The notes beneath the pieces were generated by a model. That model did not search any database, was not told the DNA's origin, and worked only from the letters and a program-made list of their open reading frames with translations. The translations under genes were made by a program, and so were the position numbers. Of a DNA stretch of 64,000 nt, positions 31,766 to 41,506 are shown piece by piece (position 1 is the stretch's first letter; the number at the start of each line of letters is the position of its first letter). The DNA comes from Amoebidium appalachense (Eukaryota; Protista; Ichthyosporea): NCBI GenBank assembly GCA_963693365.1, contig CAVNZM010000021.1, positions 1 through 64,000 on the forward strand, given 5' to 3'.

Positions 31766-32653
31766 CTACAGGCGCCGTGCAAAATCTGCGAGAGTGCCCG
31801 GAGCCACGTGGACAATGACCTCGTTTTGCCGGCCCTGGATCCACACGCCCTCCGCGACCTGCTGCGGGGGTGGCATACCGCGGTCCACCAGCTGGCCCTG
31901 CACGCGCACGGTCTCGCTGCGCAGCCAGGTCACGGTGGGGGACGGGTGCGTGGCGCCGGTCTCGTCTAGCATCTCCTGCAGCCGGCGCAGGTTGGCCTGC
32001 ACCTCAAGCTGGTAGCGGCTGCCCTGGTTGCAGATGCTGCAGAACTCGTCGAACAGCCGCGAAAGCGCGATGTGCGCCTCCACGGACACGTTTGAGTAGG
32101 GGTCGGCGGCGTGCAGGCGCTGCAGCTGCTCAGAAATGCGATTGACCAGGTCCGCCAGCATTCGGTCAACGAGCACCATGGCGTCGTGCTCGATGACGGC
32201 GGCCATCTTGGTACGCGCCAGGTTCTCGGTGCGCAGACGCACACACAGCGCAAACGCAAACCCGGTGCACTGGTCCAGGCGCGCGAGCTCGGCCGCGCTG
32301 AAGGGGGTGTTGGCAAACGGGTCACGGAGGTTGCCGGTCTTGCTGATGTAGTCGGCCAGGGTGGCCGCATCGCATCCGTACACGTGGCCAGCGCGTGTGT
32401 ACTTGAAGCAGTCGCGGGGTAGCGGCTCCAGAGAGAAGGGGTCGGTGTCGTTGGTAAGGTTTGGGGGGCGTCTACGCAGGAAGTCAAAGACACGGAAAAC
32501 ACGCAGGAAAAGCAAATGCAGCGCGGGCACGGCCTGCACAATAGCCACGAGTTCGGCATGCCGCTTGTGTGTGGGCAGGGCAAAGCCACCGTAGCGCCTG
32601 GCGATATAGCAGATCATCTCCTTCTGCATGTTTCCAAGCCTCTCCTCCGCCAT
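31766..32653 (-). CDS. Protein with a U-box/RING-like segment
   Basis: NDTDPFSLEP...LADYISKTGNLRDPFANTPF. Confidence 0.55.
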   Translation of the reverse strand: MAEERLGNMQKEMICYIARRYGGFALPTHKRHAELVAIVQAVPALHLLFLRVFRVFDFLRRRPPNLTNDTDPFSLEPLPRDCFKYTRAGHVYGCDAATLADYISKTGNLRDPFANTPFSAAELARLDQCTGFAFALCVRLRTENLARTKMAAVIEHDAMVLVDRMLADLVNRISEQLQRLHAADPYSNVSVEAHIALSRLFDEFCSICNQGSRYQLEVQANLRRLQEMLDETGATHPSPTVTWLRSETVRVQGQLVDRGMPPPQQVAEGVWIQGRQNEVIVHVAPGTLADFARRL

Positions 32654-32675
32654 ACCAGCACGCGCCAATAATCGA

Positions 32676-32897
32676 TCAGAGCCTGGAGCCTACAAACACG
32701 TCGATGTCGTGACGGGAGAACGGCCTGTTTCTGTAGCGGCGTGTCAGCTCGGCCTCCAGTCTGCGAGTGGTGGTGACATCAACCCTGCTGCGGCTTTTAT
32801 ACTTACGCATTACGGCGTTGAAAATACGCTGGAGGTTGCGGTTGCCAGTCAGGTGCAGGAGCCCGAACCGTCTGAGTTTGCGTTTAGCCAGGGGCAT
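32676..32897 (-). CDS. Small basic protein
   Basis: 73 aa, Arg/Lys-rich. Confidence 0.45.
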   Translation of the reverse strand: MPLAKRKLRRFGLLHLTGNRNLQRIFNAVMRKYKSRSRVDVTTTRRLEAELTRRYRNRPFSRHDIDVFVGSRL

Positions 32898-35800
32898 AGT
32901 GCCAGCCCCAATTATTTACTGGCGAGGACATCTGCGGTTGAGGGTTTGGGAACGGCAGCTCGGGCGTCCGTGCCTGGTAGGCATACCACGGCTGTGCCTG
33001 GTAGGCAGTAGCCCAGGCGGACCTTGCGGCTGCCTGAGGGGAAAATTCCCGATCCTGCCCGGTAAAGCCAATGGCCTCAGACGGGACCTGTGGGTATTGG
33101 TTGGTGGGCGGGACCCCGGCTTGTTCCGAAGGGACGTAGGTCATCTGCTGAAGCGGGAATCCGGGACTGGGAAGCTGCGGCTTTGGCAAAATCCTACGCA
33201 GGTTCGACGGTGCAGGGAAGGCAACACCCATTGGGGCCTTTGGTAAAACCCTACGCAGGTTCGAGGGTGCAGCGTAGGCAGCACCCATTGGGGCCTTTGG
33301 TAAAACCCTACGCAGATCCGAGGGTGCAGCGTAGGCAGCACCCAACACGCTGGAACTATGATTCTGCTCCGTGTGTTGCCGCTTGCGCTTCTTTGATTTG
33401 GGTGGCGGCGGGGCTGGCTCCCCCACCATGCTCGCTGGGGTAGGGGGGCTGAACTGGTCAAACCAATTATGTGTCAGACTGGAGGGCTGTATAGGCCTAC
33501 GAACGTCCACTACTTCCGCAGAGTCCATGATCCGCTTGCGCTTCACTGATTGGCGTGGCGGCGGGGCTGGCTCCCCCACCATGCTCGCTGGGGTAGGGGG
33601 GCTGAACTGGTCAAACCCATTATGCACTGGGTTGGAAGTCTGGTGCAAGCTCATCGGGCTTGAGTCCACGTCCATGCTCGCTTGGCTGGCGGTGGAAAAC
33701 TGGTCAAATCCATTACGCATTAGACTGGAATTCTGGTCTAAGCTCATCGGGTCTGGGGTCGGAGGGTTGAACTGGTCAACGTCCATGGGGGTTGTGGGGG
33801 GTTGAACAGTAGCAGCAGGGATGTCGGTTCCCGCTTGAAGTGGAACTTCTTCGTTGGGTGCCTGTGCTGGATGGGAGGGATCGGGTATGTCGGTGCCCCC
33901 CTTCTTAGCGGCGTCCTTTTTTCGTTTGGCGCGCTTTTCGTAGATTGATGCGAACAGACCATCGACCTCGGCAGGGTTCTGGGTCTGCACACGGGCTCTG
34001 CGCAGATCGTTGAGCTGATCGCGGGTGGTGAAGCTCTCTTGAAGCTCGGCCTTCAGCTCCTTGTTCAGGGCGCCCAGCACAGCCCTTGCACGTACGCTAG
34101 CAGCCGCAAGGACGTCCGCGTTTTGCGAGAGCGACTCCGGAAGCACGGGTGTGGCAGGAGCTTCGGGCTTGGCCGGCTTGTGCTTTGCGGGTCGTTGTGT
34201 GGCCACCAGCTCCTTGCGCTGCCAGGCCTTGGGGTCGTTGCTGAAGAGCTCCCACCGTTGGTCGCCGACTGAAGGGGCAACGCGCGCATATGCACGCACC
34301 AAATCGTCTGTGCTGCGGCCCCTGGACAAGGTGTCCGTCACGGACGCGCGGCCTGCAGGCGTGAGCCGCCACAGCGCGCCTGCGTGGCTGATGAAGCATG
34401 CGGGGTTCTGCAGTATGCTGTCGCGCAGGCGGCGTAGCTGGAAGAGGGGCCAGTTGGGGTTGTTGGGCCACTTGAGGGGCTTGTCCTGTGGGTTCGTAAC
34501 CTTAAGTACGCGCGTGTAGATGGTCCCCTCGGGGGCGAAGAAGCCCATGCGGTCCTTGCGGATGTTTGCATTGCGGGTGATGTTGACTGGCAGGCCGTAC
34601 CCGCACTTTTTCAACCAGTTGACGACATAGTCCGGGTTTTTCTCGATCAGGGCGCAGCCGTCCTGGATCAGCTTGCGCAGGTGGTAGTAGGTTTTGGGAT
34701 AGTGGGCGCGCACATGCTGCTTGACGAACCCGATAGCCAACTCGGCAATGTTGTATTTGGAGTTGTAAGGTGGCAGCCACTGGAAGCGCCAGCGCTTGCG
34801 CACGGCCAGCTGCTTGGTTTTGTCTTTGTTTTCCTCGGTGTTGTGCACGGGGGCGTTGTCCATGCACAGAATGGCGCGGTCGGTGCGAGGATCGACGGCC
34901 AACACATGCTCAAGAAACACACTGAAGGTACGCCCGTCGAGCTCGTCCGCAACAAGCTCCTTCTTCGAGAGCGGGGCCTCCCGCTCGCGGCCGTTTGGCG
35001 CAAGATGCCGGTAGTTGAACAGGGGGTCGTCCGACGGCCGTGGGCTGAGGATCAGGTACTTGACAACGGCACGCATGGATCCGTCACTTTGCTGCTTGGG
35101 AAATCCCACGGCTATCAACAGCTTGGTGCCTATGCCGCGAAGCTTGGGCTTGGGCGTCTTGTGGTGCGAACCGCGGTGGCCCCACACACGCCCTGGCGTC
35201 TCGTCAAGGTACACCGAGGCCTCGTCAATGAACACAAGGTTCTGGCGGTTGTCCTGTAGGTACGGCAGACGCTCAACCTCAAAGTACTGCGTGGCGGCGG
35301 CCACGGACCGCACAAACGTGTTGGTGGGGTCGCCCTCGCCGCGGCGGAACGTCAGCCCGAGGCGCCTTCGCCACTTGTTGAGCGTGGACACCGCCACGGC
35401 CATGCGCTCGGCCTCGGGCAGCCCCGGGATGGCGTTGTAGGTGGCGATGAGCTTCTCGCTGGTCAGGCTGGGCACCTTCGTGGTGAGCTCGTACAGCACG
35501 ACCTTCTGAACGTCCGTCAGCTTAGTCGCCTTCTCGTTTGCCTTCCCAAGGTTGAAGCCCTGGCGGCTGCCAAGCTCGCCGTGCTTAATTGCACGCGAAA
35601 TGACCCGGCGCACTGTCTGTGGGCTTATCTTCAGCCGCCGCGCAATGACGGTGGCCTTCTCGTCCCGAAGGTGCCCGAGCAGGATGGCGTCGCGAATGTC
35701 CTGCGCGTACGCCTTTCCGCGCCCTAGGCGCCCGACAGGCTGCTCGGCCGTTGTCAGTGTGTGCACTTCGATTTCAACAGGCGGGGCGTTTGTCAGCGGC

Positions 35801-37644
35801 TTCTCCGCGTACCAATGTCCCCCCGGCACCAGCAGCAGCCGGGCTCCATCGGGGCCCTCTACCCAGATGGCCCCCTCTGTTGAGTCTGGCCCGCCATGGG
35901 CGACCTTGTTGTCGGGGAGAAGGCCTAGGGTGAAGGGGTCTTGCTTCACGTGGCTGCGGGTCGGCAGGGTTTCGTAGACCACTGAGCGGACAGGCGATGG
36001 GCTGCCTGGCGCCTCGACATTGAGCAGGTCACCCGTGGACTCCAGGGGCATCATCCTCTGGCGCTCCAGCTGGTACAGCGCAAGAGGGGACCGCCCGTCG
36101 GGCGGCTGCGGGTAGAACCCAACAAAGGTGGCATTGGACTTGTAGACAACAGGCCTGCCCGTGTGCTCCACAACGTGCATGGCCACAAACATGGTGCGGG
36201 GCACGTAACGGTCAAGCCGCAACACGAGGTACGTGAGGGGTCGGAAGTGGTTTGATATGTTCGGATCCACAAACACAATCCCGCACACCGAATCTGTGAT
36301 GTCGGTGGTTGTGTTGACGGCGGCAGTCGGCTGGCGAGGCTTCCCGGCGGTGTACAGTCCTGAAAGCTGCTCCCGCTTTCGCGCAGCCCAGGCGGCGACG
36401 GCCGTGCGTGCGTTTTCTGCTGACACGCCCAGCGCATGCGCAACTGTAGCGAGCTCCTGGGCTGTCGAGTCCGCGGTGGTAGGCGCGGGCGCCTCTGCCC
36501 TTCGTCTAGTTGCAACCGCACCGATGATTCGTTTGCGTACATCGTCGTAGCCCTGCCGGACCATGCTCTCCCCTCCGCTGGTGCTCTTTTTCACCTCGTC
36601 AAAGAAACGATTGTGCATCTCGAACTCCTGCTCGCTTGCGCGGGTTTCACCTGCCCGGGGCCGCCCCCTAGCGAGCTGAAAACCCCTGGCATTTTCCAGC
36701 GGCAGATCGGTATCTTTAGCAAGTGCTTCGAGGATGGGCTTCGCCCGCTCATAGAACTCCTGCTGTGAAAGGTCGCTTGCGACCCTCATTGTCAGGTCCT
36801 TGAGGGCCTGCCGCATGGTGTCGCGGTCGGCACCGGATGCACGCAGCTCACGGGCCAACTTTGCGCGCTCGGCTATCAGGGTCTGAAGCGCGTGTTTGTA
36901 GGGGTAGGCCCGCTCGTCGTCCGGCCGGTCGACCCCTTCCACGAATTCAGGTCGGGGAAGCCCGGGCACCATCAGGGCCAGGGCCTCGAGCATGTTGGCG
37001 TCCCCGGCATCTTCTGACTGCTCGACTCTGTCTTCTTTCTTTCGCATGGCGTCATTCGTTTTCCGTATGCTTTGCCCCTCCAGTCGCTGAGCCTCAGCAA
37101 GCGCGGCGTACGCCATTCGCATGCGCTCCGGATGGTCCGGACGGGCAGGCTGACGGCCAGGGTGGTTTTGCCATGCCTTGGTAAACAGGGAGTGACCAGT
37201 CGAATCAGTTACACCCTCAAGCTTGACTAGGCGCGGTGTGGTTGTGCGCACATACACCTTGTCCAGGACTCCCTGGACAACTTCGGCGGTTTTGCGCGCC
37301 TCGTCTTGAGGGTCGTTGGGTGCGGCAAGATCTTTCCCCGCAAGCTCCTCCCACCAGGTTGCGGATTGGGGAAGCGGTGCCGGGGCTGACGACGCTGGTG
37401 CGTACATGGGGTCGCGGATGCGGAACCGTGGATTCAGGCCGCTGTCCCTTGCCTGTTTGTCAGTGCCTGTGTTGTAGGACGGGTGCTGCCGATCCTGCAC
37501 GAGCTGTGCGAGGGGAAAGGGAAAGTCGGCCAGGGGTTCAAGATAGAAACGGCCGGGATTCTCGGCACTTGGCCAGGCTTCGGCCACGACTTTATTGGAC
37601 TGGGTGTCCACTACAATATATCCAGGCGTACGTTTGCGGTCCAT
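32884..37644 (-). CDS. ~1590-aa protein with an embedded HTH and IS630/Tc1-mariner DDE domain
   Basis: IARRLKISPQTVRRVI; VFIDEA; CMDNAPVH; LPPYNSKYNIAE (D-D38-E); low-complexity C-terminal repeats. Confidence 0.85.
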   Translation of the reverse strand: MDRKRTPGYIVVDTQSNKVVAEAWPSAENPGRFYLEPLADFPFPLAQLVQDRQHPSYNTGTDKQARDSGLNPRFRIRDPMYAPASSAPAPLPQSATWWEELAGKDLAAPNDPQDEARKTAEVVQGVLDKVYVRTTTPRLVKLEGVTDSTGHSLFTKAWQNHPGRQPARPDHPERMRMAYAALAEAQRLEGQSIRKTNDAMRKKEDRVEQSEDAGDANMLEALALMVPGLPRPEFVEGVDRPDDERAYPYKHALQTLIAERAKLARELRASGADRDTMRQALKDLTMRVASDLSQQEFYERAKPILEALAKDTDLPLENARGFQLARGRPRAGETRASEQEFEMHNRFFDEVKKSTSGGESMVRQGYDDVRKRIIGAVATRRRAEAPAPTTADSTAQELATVAHALGVSAENARTAVAAWAARKREQLSGLYTAGKPRQPTAAVNTTTDITDSVCGIVFVDPNISNHFRPLTYLVLRLDRYVPRTMFVAMHVVEHTGRPVVYKSNATFVGFYPQPPDGRSPLALYQLERQRMMPLESTGDLLNVEAPGSPSPVRSVVYETLPTRSHVKQDPFTLGLLPDNKVAHGGPDSTEGAIWVEGPDGARLLLVPGGHWYAEKPLTNAPPVEIEVHTLTTAEQPVGRLGRGKAYAQDIRDAILLGHLRDEKATVIARRLKISPQTVRRVISRAIKHGELGSRQGFNLGKANEKATKLTDVQKVVLYELTTKVPSLTSEKLIATYNAIPGLPEAERMAVAVSTLNKWRRRLGLTFRRGEGDPTNTFVRSVAAATQYFEVERLPYLQDNRQNLVFIDEASVYLDETPGRVWGHRGSHHKTPKPKLRGIGTKLLIAVGFPKQQSDGSMRAVVKYLILSPRPSDDPLFNYRHLAPNGREREAPLSKKELVADELDGRTFSVFLEHVLAVDPRTDRAILCMDNAPVHNTEENKDKTKQLAVRKRWRFQWLPPYNSKYNIAELAIGFVKQHVRAHYPKTYYHLRKLIQDGCALIEKNPDYVVNWLKKCGYGLPVNITRNANIRKDRMGFFAPEGTIYTRVLKVTNPQDKPLKWPNNPNWPLFQLRRLRDSILQNPACFISHAGALWRLTPAGRASVTDTLSRGRSTDDLVRAYARVAPSVGDQRWELFSNDPKAWQRKELVATQRPAKHKPAKPEAPATPVLPESLSQNADVLAAASVRARAVLGALNKELKAELQESFTTRDQLNDLRRARVQTQNPAEVDGLFASIYEKRAKRKKDAAKKGGTDIPDPSHPAQAPNEEVPLQAGTDIPAATVQPPTTPMDVDQFNPPTPDPMSLDQNSSLMRNGFDQFSTASQASMDVDSSPMSLHQTSNPVHNGFDQFSPPTPASMVGEPAPPPRQSVKRKRIMDSAEVVDVRRPIQPSSLTHNWFDQFSPPTPASMVGEPAPPPPKSKKRKRQHTEQNHSSSVLGAAYAAPSDLRRVLPKAPMGAAYAAPSNLRRVLPKAPMGVAFPAPSNLRRILPKPQLPSPGFPLQQMTYVPSEQAGVPPTNQYPQVPSEAIGFTGQDREFSPQAAARSAWATAYQAQPWYAYQARTPELPFPNPQPQMSSPVNNWGWHYAPG
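33180..33620. repeat. Coding repeats (~60 bp x3; ~165-bp spacing x2)
   Basis: AAPSxLRRVLPKAPMG repeats and FDQFSPPTPASMVGEPAPPP twice. Confidence 0.85.
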
Positions 37645-37663
37645 GCACCAGGCACGGAAAAAT

Positions 37664-38449
37664 TCACATAGGGCAGAGATGGAAGGCGAGGACGCCCATG
37701 TCGCTGACGGTGTACTCGAAGCGTATGAGCTTATCGCTGGACATGTGTATCCTGACGTCGCTGCTGACACACGCCCCCTTGCAGAACGCGCTTAGGTACT
37801 TGACCATGAACTGGGCCTTGACCTTCTCTGCCGGCACCTTCTTGAAATCCACACCCGTCGCCTTCCCCCTCCTAATCTTGAGCGCGTCCTCTCCCTTTTC
37901 GGGGATGTCGATCCTGCACTTGCCCAGCGCCCCCAGCGCGCGCAGGCGCAGCGTGCGATCAGCGACAGTAATCTTTACAACGTTGGAGACAGCCTGGATG
38001 TCGCGCAGGTAGCGTGCCAGCTCCTGTGCGTCGATAATAAAAACGCAGTCGTAGTCGAGCAAGGGGGCGTCGAGAATCGGGCGGACCTCCTTGACCAGGG
38101 TCATGTTGTACACAATGCAGCTGCTGTCGTCCGTGGTCTCCATTTTGACCTGCAGCGTGTCGTCGGTGACGGTGAAGGCGATGCTGTTGAACCGGTGGGC
38201 GGCGGCGTTCTTGACAATCTTGTACAGGTTCTGGATCTCAAAGGTGGCGGTAACATCTTCGGAAACGTCAAAGATCTCGAACTTGTCGGGATTCAACTTC
38301 ATGTAGACGTACGCCTTTTTGGCGTTGTCGACGGCGGGCAGCACGAAGCCCTCCTTTGCGCTAAAAAGCACGGTGACCTCTCCCAGTATGTCCTTGACGC
38401 TGTCGATGGCGCATTTGAACATGTTGACTTGTACCGTTTTGACGAGCAT
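37664..38449 (-). CDS. pcna: PCNA sliding clamp
   Basis: KTVQVNMFKCAIDSVKDIL...FMVKYLSAFCKG...EYTVSDMGVLAFHLCP; TATA at 38487-38496. Confidence 0.92.
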   Translation of the reverse strand: MLVKTVQVNMFKCAIDSVKDILGEVTVLFSAKEGFVLPAVDNAKKAYVYMKLNPDKFEIFDVSEDVTATFEIQNLYKIVKNAAAHRFNSIAFTVTDDTLQVKMETTDDSSCIVYNMTLVKEVRPILDAPLLDYDCVFIIDAQELARYLRDIQAVSNVVKITVADRTLRLRALGALGKCRIDIPEKGEDALKIRRGKATGVDFKKVPAEKVKAQFMVKYLSAFCKGACVSSDVRIHMSSDKLIRFEYTVSDMGVLAFHLCPM

Positions 38450-38538
38450 GATGGGGCGACTGGCGCCTGACGAGCCAGCAACGCGGTTTTTATACCCTTG
38501 GGGGCCGGGGGGTTGGGGCTTTTTTCTATACACCCGGT

Positions 38539-39366
38539 ATGAGTTCTGGATCGCTGGACCGCACGCTGCTGTATATGGGCATCATCGCAGCAGGCTTCTA
38601 CTACTACAACAAGAGGGCATCGGCTTGGCCAAGTGCATCGTACCAGCCCGACAACCGCGAGCCAGACCAGCCCCCCGCGGGCACCAACGACCCCGGCACG
38701 TGGTGGGGGCTGCAGCCTTCGGACAGCCCATTTGATCGGGACGTTGCGCTCGCATACAGGGAAAGTGCGAGGGCGTTTGACGACGACAACGTTGCCATGG
38801 GCAACCAGGAGTACTTTGGGGACGAGGAAGACGAGTATGTGCTCGGGTACGATGAGTACGCCACGGCCGACGGTGGGGGCACGGTTGTAAACACGGGCAA
38901 CGGGCCGGTCATGGTGCCGCAGGCGCCTCCGCCTACGCGGGCCGTGCAACAGGCATCAGTGGTGCCCTCAGGTACACCGTCAGCGCTCATTGGTGCGCCT
39001 GCACGTCCGGCTGTGCACCCCAACCTTGTGGAGACCGTGCATCGGGCAGGGCCGAACGTCAGCAACTCCACGATGGACGCGATCTCGCAGATCCGGGGCA
39101 CGGGCCTCTTCACGGGCAGCGAGATGCGGCCGCGTGAGAGGCTGAGTGTGGCGAAGCTGACGCCGCAGGAGGTGCTTGCGGCGACGACACGTCCCCGCAA
39201 CGTGGCGGCACCCGCCGTGTACAAGAAAAACGGCAACCTGCAGCTACGACCCGACCCAACGATCCACAGCGCTGGGCTGGACAACCTCCCCTCCATCAGC
39301 ACACAGCGCGACCTCAGGCAGCGCGAGTCGTTCTCAAACGAGCTGGCGTCGACACTGCTTTTTTGA
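38539..39366 (+). CDS. P11-like minor capsid protein
   Basis: N-terminal TM helix and C-terminal KNGNLQLRPDP motif. Confidence 0.6.
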   Translation: MSSGSLDRTLLYMGIIAAGFYYYNKRASAWPSASYQPDNREPDQPPAGTNDPGTWWGLQPSDSPFDRDVALAYRESARAFDDDNVAMGNQEYFGDEEDEYVLGYDEYATADGGGTVVNTGNGPVMVPQAPPPTRAVQQASVVPSGTPSALIGAPARPAVHPNLVETVHRAGPNVSNSTMDAISQIRGTGLFTGSEMRPRERLSVAKLTPQEVLAATTRPRNVAAPAVYKKNGNLQLRPDPTIHSAGLDNLPSISTQRDLRQRESFSNELASTLLF

Positions 39367-39440
39367 ATAAAAGGGGGTGTGGGGAGGGGGGGCCCCCCCC
39401 CCCCCCATTTTGATCCCACCCCCCTCTCTGCTCTCTGGAT

Positions 39441-40880
39441 CTACGCCCCCATAATCTTTGCATGCTCAAACACGTATGCGTGCACGTACTCCTCCGGATC
39501 CATCCCTTCCCCGCCGCCCACAGCTAAGGTGCCCCGCTGCCGCTTGACGCGCCCTCCCAGCACCTTGCCAAGCACACCGCCCAGTTTCTTGACGCTGACC
39601 GCCGCCGGGTCCTTGCCGTTGCGAGCCGCCCATGTGCGCATGCGCTCGACCAGCCCACTCGTGGTCACGTGAGCGCCGTCGGCAACAACGAGGTCCTCGC
39701 ACCCATCGGCCCCGGTCGCGATGTCCCTCAGGAAGACCAAGTTGTCGTCGAGCGTGGCGATGCGCAGCTCGTTCTTGAGGTCGGTCACGGGCGGCGGCGG
39801 CAGCACGGGCGGCACGTCGGGCACGCACACGAGCAGGTCGTGGATGGCCTGCAGCACCTCGGGGTCGGTGTGGTGGCGGTGGAACTTGGCAAAGTAGGCC
39901 GTGTCGCCGACGCGCGCGTTGCTGACGGCCATGCACGCGTAGCGGCGGTCGCTGGGCTCGACAAGCACGGGGTTGCTCTCGTTGGTCAGCAGCACGTAGC
40001 GCTCGCACGCACGCACGGCCACGGCATCCTGACCCTTCTTCTCGAGGATGTTGGACGACTCGGTGATGAGCGACTTCATGATGTTGTTGACCTCACGCGA
40101 GTTGCTGAACAGCACCTCGTCGACCACCACCAGCAGCTTGTTCTGCAGGTGCGCGTTGAAGTGGTTCTGGATGCGGTCGCGCCGGTTGACGTACACCGAG
40201 TGCTCGGCGCCCATGGCGTCGATGAGCGCCTGGAAGAAGATGTTCTTGCCCGCGCCCTGCTTCGACACGAGCAGCAGCGCGCTGCCGGGCTTGGATGCGG
40301 GGTACTGAAACAGGTGGCCCATCCACAGCATCAGGTAGTTGTAAAGCACGAGATCGCCCCCGCACAGCACGTCGCGCGCGTGCGAGAGGAACGGCGCCAC
40401 CAGCTCGTCGCGGCGCGCCACGGGCATGTCGCTCAATTTGAAACGGAAACCGGTGAACAGGTTGAACGTGCGATACGGCCCGCACGTCTTCCTGCGCACG
40501 CCGGTGCGGGGGTCCGGGCTGGCGGGATCGAACACCAGGCGGTCGTACATGAGGATGTACGGGCTGTTGAGGTAGTCGCGGCCGCGGTAGGGGGCGGCGG
40601 GCTGCTGGTTGGGGCGGTCGGCCAGCAGCGGGAAGTGGAACTTGGCGAGCGTGTCCTGCATGTCGCGCTTGCCCAGGATGCGGTGCTCGTACTTCAGCCT
40701 GTCCTGGCACCACTGCTTGAGGATGTACGTCGAGCAGCCCTTGACGTGGGCGACATTGCTGCGCAGGTAGGCGACGGCGAGCTCCGGGGTCCACTCGTGG
40801 TCCAGGCAGGCGTCGGGGACGAAGGGGATGCCGAAGTGCGGGCCGGCGGCGGTGTCTTCGAAGGCGAGGTAGTCGTCCAT
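39441..40880 (-). CDS. D5-like/DUF5906 SF3 helicase without an evident primase domain
   Basis: SKQGAGKN, FNAHLQNKLLVVVDE, LTNE...SDRRY; TATA at 40922. Confidence 0.88.
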   Translation of the reverse strand: MDDYLAFEDTAAGPHFGIPFVPDACLDHEWTPELAVAYLRSNVAHVKGCSTYILKQWCQDRLKYEHRILGKRDMQDTLAKFHFPLLADRPNQQPAAPYRGRDYLNSPYILMYDRLVFDPASPDPRTGVRRKTCGPYRTFNLFTGFRFKLSDMPVARRDELVAPFLSHARDVLCGGDLVLYNYLMLWMGHLFQYPASKPGSALLLVSKQGAGKNIFFQALIDAMGAEHSVYVNRRDRIQNHFNAHLQNKLLVVVDEVLFSNSREVNNIMKSLITESSNILEKKGQDAVAVRACERYVLLTNESNPVLVEPSDRRYACMAVSNARVGDTAYFAKFHRHHTDPEVLQAIHDLLVCVPDVPPVLPPPPVTDLKNELRIATLDDNLVFLRDIATGADGCEDLVVADGAHVTTSGLVERMRTWAARNGKDPAAVSVKKLGGVLGKVLGGRVKRQRGTLAVGGGEGMDPEEYVHAYVFEHAKIMGA

Positions 40881-40973
40881 GTTACCAGGGGGCGGAATGA
40901 AAGGACGGGAGCGGGGAGGGGCTTATATACCTGGGACGCACAAGGGATTTGAATTCGTTGTAGACGGCATCTG

Positions 40974-41228
40974 ATGTTTCTACGAAGCCTTCCACAGTTC
41001 TATGTAAAGCCCTACCGAGTGGACTTTTTTTTCCCACATGTAAATCTGGTGGTGGAGTGTGATGAGCACAACCACGATGACCGCGACCCGATCTACGAGG
41101 AAGAGCGCCAGAACCACATCACCAAGCAATTGGGATGCAGGTGGCTACGATACAACCCACACGCAGAAGACTTTATTGTGTACCGGGTTGTCAGTGATAT
41201 TTTTGAGTTGGCGATGCTCGTGTTGTAA
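40974..41228 (+). CDS. DUF559/Vsr-like endonuclease domain, possibly a fragment
   Basis: QFYVKPYRVDFF...LVVECDEHNH...WLRYNP. Confidence 0.78.
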   Translation: MFLRSLPQFYVKPYRVDFFFPHVNLVVECDEHNHDDRDPIYEEERQNHITKQLGCRWLRYNPHAEDFIVYRVVSDIFELAMLVL

Positions 41229-41506
41229 CCTTGAAAAATTGACCACACCAAAACTGGTGACTCTCAGTAAGGTCGATTTGATTGGTGGAAACGGTGGGTG
41301 ATGTATGACGTCATCGAGATGAATTCGGCCAATCACATCAACCTTACTGCCAGTAGGATTGAGAATCGCAAAGCGGTTTGCTGCTCATGAAATTCGTCAC
41401 GACTTGCCCGTTCGGCAATTTGGCGAAGGTATAAAAGGAGTCGTGCGCGTCTGAATCATTCAGTCCACCCAAGGAGCCCTTCCAGCAACACGGATCCCGC
41501 ATCAAC

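Noticed and set aside
39466-40952. Long antisense or alternative-frame ORFs (also 3404-4105, 23140-23823, 48164-49072, 58367-59956)
   Set aside because: Shadow ORFs of GC3-rich genes whose real frame has recognisable motifs.
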